From Lingula anatina (taxonomy: Eukaryota > Animalia > Brachiopoda), in assembly GCA_051362555.1 (NCBI GenBank), contig CM120642.1, positions 124,001 through 188,000 of the forward strand: a DNA stretch of 64,000 nucleotides. Reading direction: 5' to 3'. Shown one piece after another: positions 12,251 to 24,870 of this stretch (the first letter of the stretch is position 1; every line of letters starts with the position of its first letter). The notes beneath the pieces were generated by a model. It ran no database searches and was not told the DNA's origin. It saw nothing but the letters and a program-made list of their open reading frames with translations. The position numbers and the translations under genes are program-made.

Positions 12251-12615
12251 GTAGTATCTTCAGGAACATGGATCACTGTTTCTGGTGTCACTGTTGTTGT
12301 CTCTCCAGTGGATGTCTTTCTGCCACTTGTCTCAGCCTCAACAGGGTGAGAGGATGTCATCTCATCTCCAGGTGTCTCGTCCCTGGGTGTCTCACCCCTA
12401 GGTGTCTTACCCTCAAGTCTCTCACCCCTGGGTGTCTTACCCTCAGGTCTCTCAACCCCGGATGTCTTACCCTCAGGACTCCCACCCCTGGGTGTCTTAC
12501 CCTCAGGTGTCTCACCCCTAGATGTCCCACCCCCAGCTGTCTCATCCCTGGGTGCCTCAGTACTAGCCCCTGCAGAGACATCTGATGCCATCTCATTGAT
12601 ATTCACCTGATGCAC
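12229..12615 (-). CDS. Low-complexity exon of the distal 5' arm (VHQVNINEMASDVSAG...GETPEGKTPR repeats...NTQQK)
   Basis: Acceptor tcaatag|GTGCAT, first donor CAAAAG|gtaact; 387 nt, phase 0 to phase 0; internal 30-bp coding repeats. Confidence 0.6.
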
Positions 12616-13439
12616 CTATTGACGTATTAAAATGTCAAGTTACTTTAACCAGTTTATCACGGTTTTATAAAAAGTTATGCAGTAAAACATAAAGCTGGTC
12701 AAACCACATATTTTTATACTGAATGATTTTCATATAATTCTGCCTACTTCTTTGAAATATAAACATACAGAGGAAATAAAATTTCTGCTTACTTTGGTAT
12801 CAGGCTCAGCTAAATGTGGTAACTGCAAGACACTGAAAAGAATAACAATAATGAATAATAGTAAGAAGAAGAAGCCGAAAGGTGATCACGTTTTGTACAG
12901 GATGAGGCCACAATTACAAAGCTCCAAGGCTGCATGAAGTACAGAGTGTCACCTGCTTGATACAGTGACCCAAGTGCTCACACACTTATGAATGTTACCA
13001 GCCAGATATATGGACTTGGAGTTTATTAGCTAGTCGTATACCCGAAACTAACAGTGTGAAATTTTGTCTTCTTCAGTCGTGTTAGAGTTGTTTTAAATCC
13101 AGAGCAGTCTCTGTGATACTATTCGTTTACAGCTTTCACACAAATATGTATGCAATATGTCTAGCGACATGTGGTAGATGAGAAACACGTGCAGAAATAA
13201 TTACAACAACGTGTTCCTAGAGTGATGTCATCGCTACTAGGGAAATGCCATTAATATATTTACTACCAATTAGGACTATTGTTCTTGTATTATCAATTGC
13301 TTTCAATCTTCTTTTCTACTCACCACAACATTGCCAGGTGTATCCACTTCACGTGTCTTGCTCTTTTCATTTTTATTCTCTACTTGTTTCTCCCTTTGCA
13401 AATTTTTTTACATAAAGCTTCTTCCCCTCGTAAGTGAAA

Positions 13440-13625
13440 TGTGGAAGTCGCCATTGGTGTTTTCAATTTGGAATGACGTGTACTGCGCATGCTTAGATCA
13501 AAGATTATTTTCCAATCGAGGCTTGGAATTCCCTTCCTGTTTCGAAGAAGGGCAACCCCACTGAAGTCGTTTGAAGACGTTAGTTAGTCTAACTTTAAGA
13601 CATGAAGCTAATTATGGCGGGAAAA
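13440..13625 (-). promoter_or_regulatory. Probable distal promoter of the SUCO-like gene
   Basis: Local CpG enrichment with YY1-like cgccatt and atggcgg, CRE-like tgacgt and NRF1-like tgcgcatgc motifs, just upstream of the most 5' exons. Confidence 0.5.
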
Positions 13626-16600
13626 TGTTTATTTCATGCCTTGCTAGGGGAAATCCTTGTTTAATGTAAAGAAGGTTTCGGCTCGTTCAGTAATAAAAAT
13701 TAAAAACTAAGAACCCTTTAGATATATTTTCTATGTTATTGATACTAACTGTTCTAACAAAATTAGACTGTGCTAAAGCGGCATAACGAAATTCACGTTT
13801 ATTTTACTGAAACATTTTGTCCTCAACCTAGAGTATATTTTTCACAATGCCTGATAACGAGTATTTTACAAATTACTTTCTAAAATGATTCAGTTTTGCC
13901 GTTTTTCCTGTAAAAACATTATCTTTGACCTGTCGCCATAAATCTACAGTAGCTAATCATGGATATAAATGAATTTAAGATCTTATTAATGCCTTAAATA
14001 TTACAAATAAGTCCAACAACTTATAATGATGACTCGCACCAAAAGACGTAACGAAAGTTTTTTTGTTTTTTTTTTTCAATTTTTTAAAAACCCGGCGACA
14101 CCGCGAAAGTAGCCTCAAGCTATTTATTGAGTTATTTAAATAAACATTCTAGACATTAACTGGGACATTATACATCTTACTGGCTCCCTGACAAGTTGCA
14201 GATGCTCTACTTTTGTAAAAAATAAACTAGATCGATCGTTATGTTATTGATAAATCATGTTTGATAACTCTGCAGGTACGCTGGCTATGCAAACTAGCGA
14301 AACATCGAATTCGAATTGTGATTGCGTTTGCGGTTCATCGACCTGACGAAAGGTTGATACATGCACAGTCTACATTTGATAATTGTACAAAAGTTTTAGT
14401 TGAAAAAACTTTTATAAATACCGAATAATCGAAAAGCTGTGTAAAGCGTAACGAGAAGCAAATGTAGAAAGAGCTGTACCGTGTCTATAGTCATAGTCTA
14501 TAGTTTATAGTCATGCGGGAAAGCAAGGAAAGCAAATCATGGTAGGATATATCTCTATAAACTTCAAATTTTTCAGACATTAAAAATTGAGGGTTTAGCA
14601 TTAATTTCAATATTACTCTACCTGCCATAGCACATATATATAGCACAAGTGCTGAGGTTTTATTTCAGGGCATTTGGCTGCGAACTTTTACAAAATGAAA
14701 ACCGACGGGAATATACATATACATATAGGTTGAGGAGACGAGTAGATGTGCGAGAAATTGAATACCAATTAAACTTGAGTTGTTTATCAATTTTAATACT
14801 GAAATGATATACCATTTCCTTCTCAAAAATTACCCTCACAAATTTGCCGCATAGAACGCGTTCAAATGAAGTGTATGGATGTCCGTTTTGTAAGGGGACT
14901 ACTATGCGTTTCCACAAAAATCTTTGGTTTTCACCGTGACTTAGTAGATTCTGTCTTACATAATATTACATAAACGACTTCTCTATCGAATAAACGTGCA
15001 CCAAACTTCAAATATGTGGACTAGCGGTAAAACTGTATTAACTATTACGAAAGATACCTCTGCAGCAATCTGTGCAATGTGGATGAATATTTTCTAAGGC
15101 GGCCCCAATTTCCGTTGTTTTTTGTTCGAAATATGACAAAAAGTATGAAACACGGAACTGAATTACGTGACCAAAACTTCAGTAAATGAGGTCATGTGTC
15201 AAACAGTGTTTTCTTTGTTAAGTCTGAACATTTTAGCATATCTCAGTTAAAAGAATCACTAATTACTAAATTCTCGCTCACACTCCTATCTTGATATAAG
15301 TTGATATATCCTGGCGTTCCTCACACCAAACATTCCAGGTATGTGTAAGTAATAGATGAAAGCAGGAGATGCAAATAAGTTATTTATTCCACAGCTTGAT
15401 TAGCTTGTTTTAACAAGCATCAATTGCTTACAATCACAATTTATAATAATAATAAGTTAATCTGAATGTTAATAAAAATCATCAAAACAACAAAAATGAT
15501 TGTTCACACACACATTGCAGGTGACCCCGTTGACCAGTTAGTAAAAAAAGTAACACTAGACACCTCTACAACTGTTCTCTCTACACTACGAGTATATACA
15601 CATATACAGTCATATATAGTACAGCAGGATTTGTTAGTAACATCTGACATCTCATTGTGGACATTGTATGTGGTAGTTATCCCACAGCACTGACAACATG
15701 ACAGAGGCCTACAGGGAGTTTAGAAAAAGACTTGCTAAGTTTAAACTATTGGCTTTCCCCATCAATGAGACACAGGCACTGGCTAGTTGGTGAACTATGT
15801 TAACCTCTGCCTAGTTCATGCAAACAAATACTAGCTGAAAGCACATAATATAATGAGTAAATGATCAAAAGTTAATAACAAGCCAACTAGAGCTACTCGC
15901 AAACTATGGACATAATGTGCACTTATAAAGATGCACCAACACATGGAATATCACCAATTTTTTTTTAAATTATTTCCAACCACCTGCTTTAATATCAAAA
16001 TCTGCTGAACTCTGAAAATCCACAACTCACTCTCAGGGAAAAAGACAAAATAACCATAAAGCTTATCAATTTGGCAAAGATATAAATATTAATGAATGGC
16101 AGAAAATTACCTATTACACAATAATTGATAAATTTTTAACAGTTCCTATAAATTAAACTATCTGAAGTTTCTGTTAACACTTAAAAGGTTGACAAAACAG
16201 TTATAGAAAGAGCAACATTAAGCACTACCATATTATATAACAAAAGTAAAATTATTACTGAAATCCTTCTGTTGTCAGCTGACAACTACAGTACTAACAG
16301 TTGTGACATCATTAGACAAATATATAGCACAAAATTATAAGTAAGTCTTTGCACGAGACAATTTAGTTTTAACCAAATCAAATTATAAATTAAGATAAAT
16401 ATATATACTTTAACCTGGACTTATAGTAAAGCCCCCATCTATCCGTGGTGGCTTTCAGTAAATCTTTCCTCCGCTGTTTTTTAAACATTGCTTGAGGACT
16501 TGAGAACATGTTCACATGATGTTAACTACTGACCATGTTGTTACATAGTTATGTTGGAGACAACACTCTGGCAATACAAATGCTGGCATTGTTTCAAGAA

Positions 16601-18414
16601 ATAAGAATATAAATGATCTTTAATTTATACATTGTACATAAACTTTGTAATTGTGCTTAGCTGTACATGTACATGTGTAACTAAATCAAATAAAGCAAAA
16701 TTATGTTTCATAAAGATGCAATTTCTAACTTAATATCGTAAGATTTTAAATGAAATATAAAGAAGAAGAAAAACTGGAAGCCAGCATCAACATTCAAAAT
16801 TCAGAAATCAAGTTGGAAAGATAAATATGTCTTGGTAAGTTTGCAATGAGAGCTGAAATTATAATAAACCTGCATGAACATAAAGAAGAAATCAACCTCC
16901 ACTTTTGACTTGGAAGAACCAATGTGTCATGGCAACAACTGATCCAAAATATGACATCACTATTGCACACTACACTTAAAAGAACAACATCTGATCCTCA
17001 ACCCGTAGTATAATATATGATTTACAGGTACCCACTAGAGATTTTCATGTCTAGAACACTAGAGTGGCTGGAGAAGAGACGAAACTGCCTCCTTGGACAA
17101 AAGTCTTAGAACAGAGATCCCTAGTACACTGACATATTGTCTGATAGACTACATTTAGACTCTGGCTGGAGATGAGACAAAACTGCCTCCTTGGACAAAA
17201 GTCATAAAACAGAGATCCCCAGCATGCTGACATATTGTCTGATAGACTATATTTAGACTCTGAGAATTAGGTATTTAATAACACAAACAGTGAACCACAA
17301 ATAACATCTGAGCACCTTTCTGTTGTTGACTATGGTCCAGAGCAGCTGTACAGAGAATTCAGACTACATGATAAAGCATAGGGGATGACTTTCCCAATGA
17401 AGACCAGCTGTGCAGACACCTCAGACTACATGATGGATAAAATATTCACACTGAAGACTAGTGGCTTTGTATGTGTCAACTTCTCCAAACCCAGCCTGGG
17501 AGGTCCCTGCTAGTACTGTAATAGTAGTTGTGCATAACGTCAGTGTAATGCTGAGTAATTTAAGTTTACCGTCTCCCTGTCTTCTACTGGAATGACTACA
17601 GACTATAGCCTTGGCATCAGCCATGTCCTTGTTTAATCCACACTCTGCTGGCATGGGGGAAGGGGGGGGAGAGGAGGAGTAGGGGAGCAATAACCACACA
17701 GCTTGGTGCCTGGACATCCATGTCAACATAATAATTTCAAGCATTTAATCTAAACCACAGATATAGTCTACAGAAGATGGCAAATATAGCTGAGTTACCT
17801 TTATAAATATCAAGTAAAAAGTGTTAAGTGGTATATTCCACAGAGTTGCCATTACAACTGTTCAGTATTTAGTGTCAGAGTAATATCCTCCATAGTGACA
17901 TGATGAGGTGGGAGACCATCTGGAACTGTAGTGATGATAAGCAGCACACTGGGACAACAGGAGGCACAAATCAACAATACAAAGATGCTATGACAGGAAA
18001 AGTAAACAAAATGTCTCATCTAATCTTACTGCCCCAAAGACAAAATCCATTGAATACACAAGTCTTTGGCAGCTTGAGATCTTCTGTCCAGAGACACAGA
18101 GAAATATCTGTTGGCAAATGACAATATAATTGCATGTAAATCTATGAACTCATGTCCGTCTATGAACTCAGTCTGTGTGTGTCTGTATTCACACAGGGGA
18201 CAGCTGTTTCACTGAAGTCTTCAGCACCATTGTTAACTGGATGACATCCTAGAGGCAGCTGCCTTTTGTAACTTTGGTATCAATTTTTTTTAATCTTCAG
18301 CTTTGAATAAAGCGCCTCTTGCATTTCTTTTTTTACTCTACTGCCACCTATAGTACTGTAACACGTGACTAGGTAATGCTGTTTGATTGGCTTATATGAG
18401 AGTCTGATGTTATT

Positions 18415-18576
<162 letters not shown>

Positions 18577-18825
18577 TTAAATTTTATAATGAAAACTTTA
18601 ATTTTGATCTTTCTTTCATAATCCAATAGCATGTACACCATAGCTTTGTAATCTGAGTGCTGGTGTTAACAAGCAATTAATGAACAATATTGCTCCAGTT
18701 TCATAAGGGAATATGGCGAGACTAATATGCAGGTAATAATACATGACAACCCAGTAATTATGTAGGCCTACATCATGAGGAAATGTGGAACAAAATTACA
18801 TCTGTTCAGTGCATGAGACTGATTA

Positions 18826-19041
<216 letters not shown>

Positions 19042-19179
19042 TCAAATGAAATACAATTCAAGATTATGAAGAGAAAGATTGGAAAATGTGTCTTCAATTC
19101 TTACTTATACCACCTAAAGAAATCTTGAGATCAAAGGGTCGTTTCATATTAAGCAGACGGTGGTTCAGCCAGGACTTAC

Positions 19180-19243
19180 CTTCCTCCTCAATCTGGTCTC
19201 CATTGGCATTATAAAACCTGTGATACAATGATTCTGGGTAATT
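19180..19243 (-). CDS. ZMYND19: ZMYND19 exon 5 (NYPESLYHRFYNANGDQIEEE)
   Basis: tttccag/gtaagt boundaries; YNANGD motif. Confidence 0.93.
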
Positions 19244-19299
19244 CTGGAAAACAATAAATGTGTGAATGAATGACTGTGTTCATATTACAACTCATCTAC

Positions 19300-19467
19300 C
19301 AGGGGCGGATCCAGAGATATTTTCTGACAGTCTTCCAAATTATCTTTGTTGATCCATCCACCATTTTTGACCGTTTTCCGACAGAAAAAATTAGATACCC
19401 GTCAATGTAAACTTGAAAATCTGACCGTCTTCCGGAAGACCCAGAAGACTGCCTAAATCCGCCCCTG
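19300..19467. mobile_element. 168-bp MITE with TIR CAGGGGCGGAT and 5-bp TSD tctac
   Basis: tctac-caggggcggatccag ... ctaaatccgcccctg-tctac; a related terminus occurs at 31720. Confidence 0.85.
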
Positions 19468-19839
19468 TCTACTGTTTACTGAGCTGAAAAGAAAATACAT
19501 GTACTTAATGCTAGCCATGGAAAACAAGTTCAGAATCCTGAACAATGATGGTACGAGCTTCATGACAAACATATATAAAATGAATAAAAGCAGAGAATCT
19601 GATCAAACTTGAAAAGGAATGACTCATCTTCTCCATACAACTTGCAATAATTAGCAATAAAACATAACACAGATAAAAATTAATAAACTACAAGTTTTTT
19701 TCACCATTTAAAATACCAGTCATATACCATGCAAATACTATTAAAACAAATCTCCACGGTAGCTTCAGCAAACTTTTTTTTACCAAAAAACTCTAATGGA
19801 CACTTGACCCACTTTAAAGGGTTGGCTCTATCTGAGTTA

Positions 19840-20346
<507 letters not shown>

Positions 20347-20632
20347 GGCATACTTAAATATACTACTGAGACCATTCATTCATTTATTTTTTCTCTGTCT
20401 CATTAAGAAAACTGTGCAGCATATAACAACAATACAAGGAATGTTCATTTACCTCCGAGTCATAATTAAGTAAAATCCAAACAAAAATCTTGTTATCTAA
20501 AGCATATCCTTGTAAGCCACTTATATTTTAATTTGACATTTTGCAAGTTTGATACAGAACTTCATAATTAAAAGACAGAACAAGGGTGTCCTCCGCAATG
20601 TCTGCGACATCCTCCCGTGTGTCGGTACTTAC

Positions 20633-20739
20633 CACAGTAAATCCTGGACAAACATCCCAGCACAGCGCCCTCTATTTATGTCGTAGGCATAGGCGTAAAT
20701 CTTAGCACCATTCCCATCTTTGTCGACTACAACTTGAGC
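20633..20739 (-). CDS. ZMYND19: ZMYND19 exon 3 ([36 protein letters not shown])
   Basis: gttgcag/gtaagt boundaries; DGNGAKIxAYA motif. Confidence 0.95.
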
Positions 20740-21129
20740 CTGCAACACAACAGCCAGAACTCTGAGATACTGCATCATCACATGCCTGATACACAAGTGC
20801 TTGAAACATGGCCCAAATCATAAACAGTTCAAATCATAAACAGCCAAAAAGATACATTGAAATCTGGCTAAAAACTATATGCATCATATCATACCAGATA
20901 AAATAGTTTTCAATATCAAATATTGAAGACACCATCTCCAAATCTAGAAACACACAATTAGCACAGACTACCAAGTGCAATTCTTACACTTCATTTAAAC
21001 TCCTTCTTACTGATTCAAATCTCCACTGTTAACTGTGATATCTTTCAGTCAATTGTGTTCTACTTTAAAACAGTATTTTGCTTCATTTCATTTTTTCCAC
21101 TTTTAACACAATTAAGTAACTGTACTTAC

Positions 21130-21189
21130 TTCAAATGCATATCTTTCCACCAACCCAATGTCTCTCTCATCTAGAAGAGCATATTTAAT
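21130..21189 (-). CDS. ZMYND19: ZMYND19 exon 2 (IKYALLDERDIGLVERYAFE)
   Basis: ctttcag/gtaagt boundaries; 60 nt; matches KYTLIDEQDIPLVESYSFE. Confidence 0.93.
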
Positions 21190-22609
21190 CTGAAAGGTAA
21201 ATGTCAACAAATTACTCAATCTCATTAGGTAAATTATAACACAGTTGGGAAAATAGTCCATATACTTCCAAATATTTTGATATAATCTAATTGTTTATTC
21301 TATAAAGGTTAATATTCACAGGCAAATAATATCTATAAGCTAAATATGTTATAAATGATCACAAATACAAATAAATTGTTTATTTAGCATTAACATAAGT
21401 TCCTATAAGCAAATTAAACTTGTTACAAAGTAAACTACCCCCCAGTATTAGTCCCTCTGTGTCTTTGTTCCACTGAACCCCCTCACAAAGACCAGCACTA
21501 CCCCACCAAGAACACAGCTCCAATCATCCTTGAAATGAAGTTTTCTCTCTAAACATTCTTCACAAGAAGGAAATAAAAACAGAGGAAGCTGTCAAGTCCA
21601 CCGCAGACATTTGTGTATGTCAGAGAGAAAAAACAAAGCTATATCTGATGAAAGCTATCCTAAGACTCCAACCAAACCCTCACACTGACTCCTTGCTGGT
21701 TGATCTAGCTTGCAACATGCACTGGTCAAAACAGAGGAGAAAATACTATCTATGACGAGGGATTTTCACATGAGGCAGTGCTATACTGCACATTTATGGA
21801 ACAAAATGCCATCCATAAAGAGGGATTTCCATTTGAGGCATTGGTGTACTAGTACTGCTATATATATGGAACAAAGGAAGCACCAGCAGATAAAAGTGCC
21901 CCTTTATATTTCTACTGTAGACAGCTATTAATGAATTGTGTTGAATGTGTTATTTGGAGAATATTTACAGGCATAGGGGTTGCTGTGCTGGCACAGTACT
22001 CGACAAGTGTTCTGATACAAAATGTTGTTCTACTTTCCCAGTGTTGACCATTAGAAAACTTCAGTTCTCAAAAAAAAAAAAAAAAACATTCCAAAATATT
22101 CCCAGTCCCATCTTTTTTCTCAAAAAATTTCAGTTGCTATATATGTGTGTATATACACTATGTGAAGACATTAGCTGTGATCTCCAAGTAACAACATATG
22201 TCTATATAACAGGCAGTCTTCATTGTTATAACACTGTACATACACAGCCTATTACTGCAATGAAGGTTCTATATCACTAATGTTCAATAAATATTCCATG
22301 ATGGAAATGGTTTAGAGCACCAAGTGTTCCTGCAATTACTAAGTGTTCTGGAGAAAATGAATGCCATTCAATAAGTGTATGTGTATATGGGGATGCATGT
22401 GTGTATATATGTATGTGCATATGTGTGTGTATGTATGTGCATCTGCATGCATGTATACATGTACGTACTGAACTATGTGAATATGTGTATGCCTGTGTAT
22501 ATATTTAAGTGTGTTTGACGTGTATAGGTGACAGTATGTGCTGTACCTATGTCTTCTATCCAGTGACAATGACCAGTACATATTAATAGTAGATATATTA
22601 TTAGGCCAG

Positions 22610-24215
22610 TATGCGAATACAACCAAATATTCATTCCAAGCTAGTCTGTGTGTGAATACAACCAAATAGTCAGTCCAAGCTAGTCTGTGTGTGAATACAA
22701 CCAAATAGTCAGTCCAAGCTAGTTCTGTGTGTGAATATAGCCAGAGAGTGTTAGTCCAAGCTAGTTCTGTGTGTGAATATAGCAAGAGAGAGTGTTAGTC
22801 CAAGCTAGTTCTGTGTGTGAATATAGCCAGAGAGTGTTAGTCCAAGCTAGTTCTGTGTGTGAATATAGCAAGAGAGAGTGTTAGTCCCAGCTAGTTCTGT
22901 GTGAATATAGCCAGAGAGTGTTAGTCCAAGCTAGTTCTGTGTGTGAATACAGCCAGAGAGAGTGTTAGTCCAAGCTAGTTCTGTGTGTGAATATAGCAAG
23001 AGAGAGTGTTAGTCCAAGCTAGTTCTGTGTGTGAATATAGCAAGAGAGAGTGTTAGTCCAAGCTAGTTCTGTGTGTGAATATAGCAAGAGAGAGTGTTAG
23101 TCCAAGCTAGTTCTGTGTGTGAATACAGCCAGAGAGTGTTAGTCCAAGCTAGTTCTGTGTGTGAATACAGCCAGAGAGTGTTAGTCCAAGCTAGTTCTGT
23201 GTGTGAATACAGCCAGAGAGTGTTAGTCCAAGCTAGTTCTGTGTGTGAATACAGCCAGAGAGTGTTAGTCCAAGCTAGTTCTGTGTGTGAATACAGCCAG
23301 AGAGTGTTAGTCCAAGCTAGTTCTGTGTGTGAATACAGCCAGAGAGTGTTAGTCCAAGCTAGTTCTGTGTGTGAATACAGCAAGAGAGTGTTAGTCCAAG
23401 CTAGTTCTGTGTGTGAATATAGCAAGAGAGAGTGTTAGTACAAGCTAGTTCTGTGTGTGAATATAGCAAGAGAGTGTTAGTCCAAGCTAGTTCTGTGTGT
23501 GAATATAGCAAGAGAGTGTTAGTCCAAGCTAGTTCTGTGTGTGAATATAGCCAGAGCGAGTGTTAGTCCAAGCTAGTTCTGTGTGTGAATATAGCAAGAG
23601 AGAGTGTTAGTCCAAGCTAGTTCTGTGTGTGAATACAGCCAGAGAGTGTTAGTCCAAGCTAGTTCTGTGTGTGAATATAGCAAGAGAGAGTGTTAGTCCA
23701 AGCTAGTTCTGTGTGTGAATACAGCCAGAGAGTGTTAGTCCAAGCTAGTTCTGTGTGTGAATATAGCAAGAGAGAGTGTTAGTCCAAGCTAGTTCTGTGT
23801 GTGAATACAACCAGAGAGTGTTAGTCCAAGCTAGTTCTGTGTGTGAATATAGCAAGAGAGAGTGTTAGTCCAAGCTAGTTCTGTGTGTGAATATAGCAAG
23901 AGAGAGTGTTAGTCCAAGCTAGTTCTGTGTGTGAATATAGCAAGAGAGAGTGTTAGTCCAAGCTAGTTCTGTGTGTGAATACAGCCAGAGAGTGTTAGTC
24001 CAAGCTAGTTCTGTGTGTGAATATAGCAAGAGAGAGTGTTAGTCCAAGCTAGTTCTGTGTGTGAATATAGCAAGAGAGAGTGTTAGTCCAAGCTAGTTGT
24101 GTGTGTGAATATAGCAAGAGAGAGTGTTAGTCCAAGCTAGTTCTGTGTGTGAATATAGCAAGAGAGAGTGTTAGTCCAAGCTAGTTCTGTGTGTGAATAC
24201 AGCCAGAGAGAGTGT
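22610..24215. repeat. ~42-44-bp minisatellite, ~37-40 copies, in ZMYND19 intron 1
   Basis: Unit agagagtgttagtccaagctagttctgtgtgtgaata(c/t)agc(a/c) with a variable number of (ag). Confidence 0.97.
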
Positions 24216-24419
24216 CACAGACAGGTGTAGTGTGACAAGTGACATAGCCCCTATAATACCACTGTGGGAGCACCTGCCTGGGGACAGCACATAATTAGCC
24301 TGACCTCACTTCGCTGGGCATATACTGGACATCTGTGCCCTCAGTAACCCAGACATCTGCCCATGGTTTGATGACCACAACCATATGCCATAGTGAAGAG
24401 ACCAGTTCAGTACACTTCT

Positions 24420-24870
24420 CTCCCTTTTACTTCTATTATCCTGCTGTACCCCTTGCCTGACTTTCACTTCTATTACCTTGCCGTATCCCTTGCCTGGCTT
24501 TTACTTCTATTACCCTGCTGTGTCCCTTGCCCAATTTTTACTTCTATCACCTTGCCGTATCCCTTGCCTGACTTTTACTTCTACTATCCTGCTATGTCCC
24601 TTGCCTGGCTTTTACTTCTATTACCCTGCCATATCCCTTCCCTGACTTTCACTTCTATTACCTTGTCGTATTCCTTGCCTGGTTTTTTCTTCTATTACCC
24701 TGCTGTATCCCTTGCCTGACTTTCACTTCTATTACCTTGCCGTATCCCTTCCCTGACTTTCACTTCTATTACCTTGCCGTATCCCTTGCCTGGTTTTTTT
24801 CTTATATTACCCTGTTGTATCCCTTGCCTGGCTTTTACTTAATATATTACCCTGCTGTATCCCTTGCCTT
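24420..24870. repeat. Degenerate ~39-bp pyrimidine-rich minisatellite, ~11 copies
   Basis: Unit approximately ttttacttctattaccctgctgtatcccttgcctggc. Confidence 0.9.

Noticed and set aside
11156-12349. Hydrophobic 397-aa and 194-aa plus-strand ORFs resembling multi-TM proteins
   Set aside because: Antisense readings of the 48-bp minisatellite
12370-12510. Several G|GTAAGA donor-like motifs in the 30-bp coding repeats
   Set aside because: They are phase 1, incompatible with the phase-0 acceptor at 10991; no matching exon is visible
12790-13180. Hydrophobic FGFFFLLLFIIVILFSVLQ stretch as a signal peptide for the distal arm
   Set aside because: Preceded by an in-frame stop with no ATG; better explained as an intronic polypyrimidine tract
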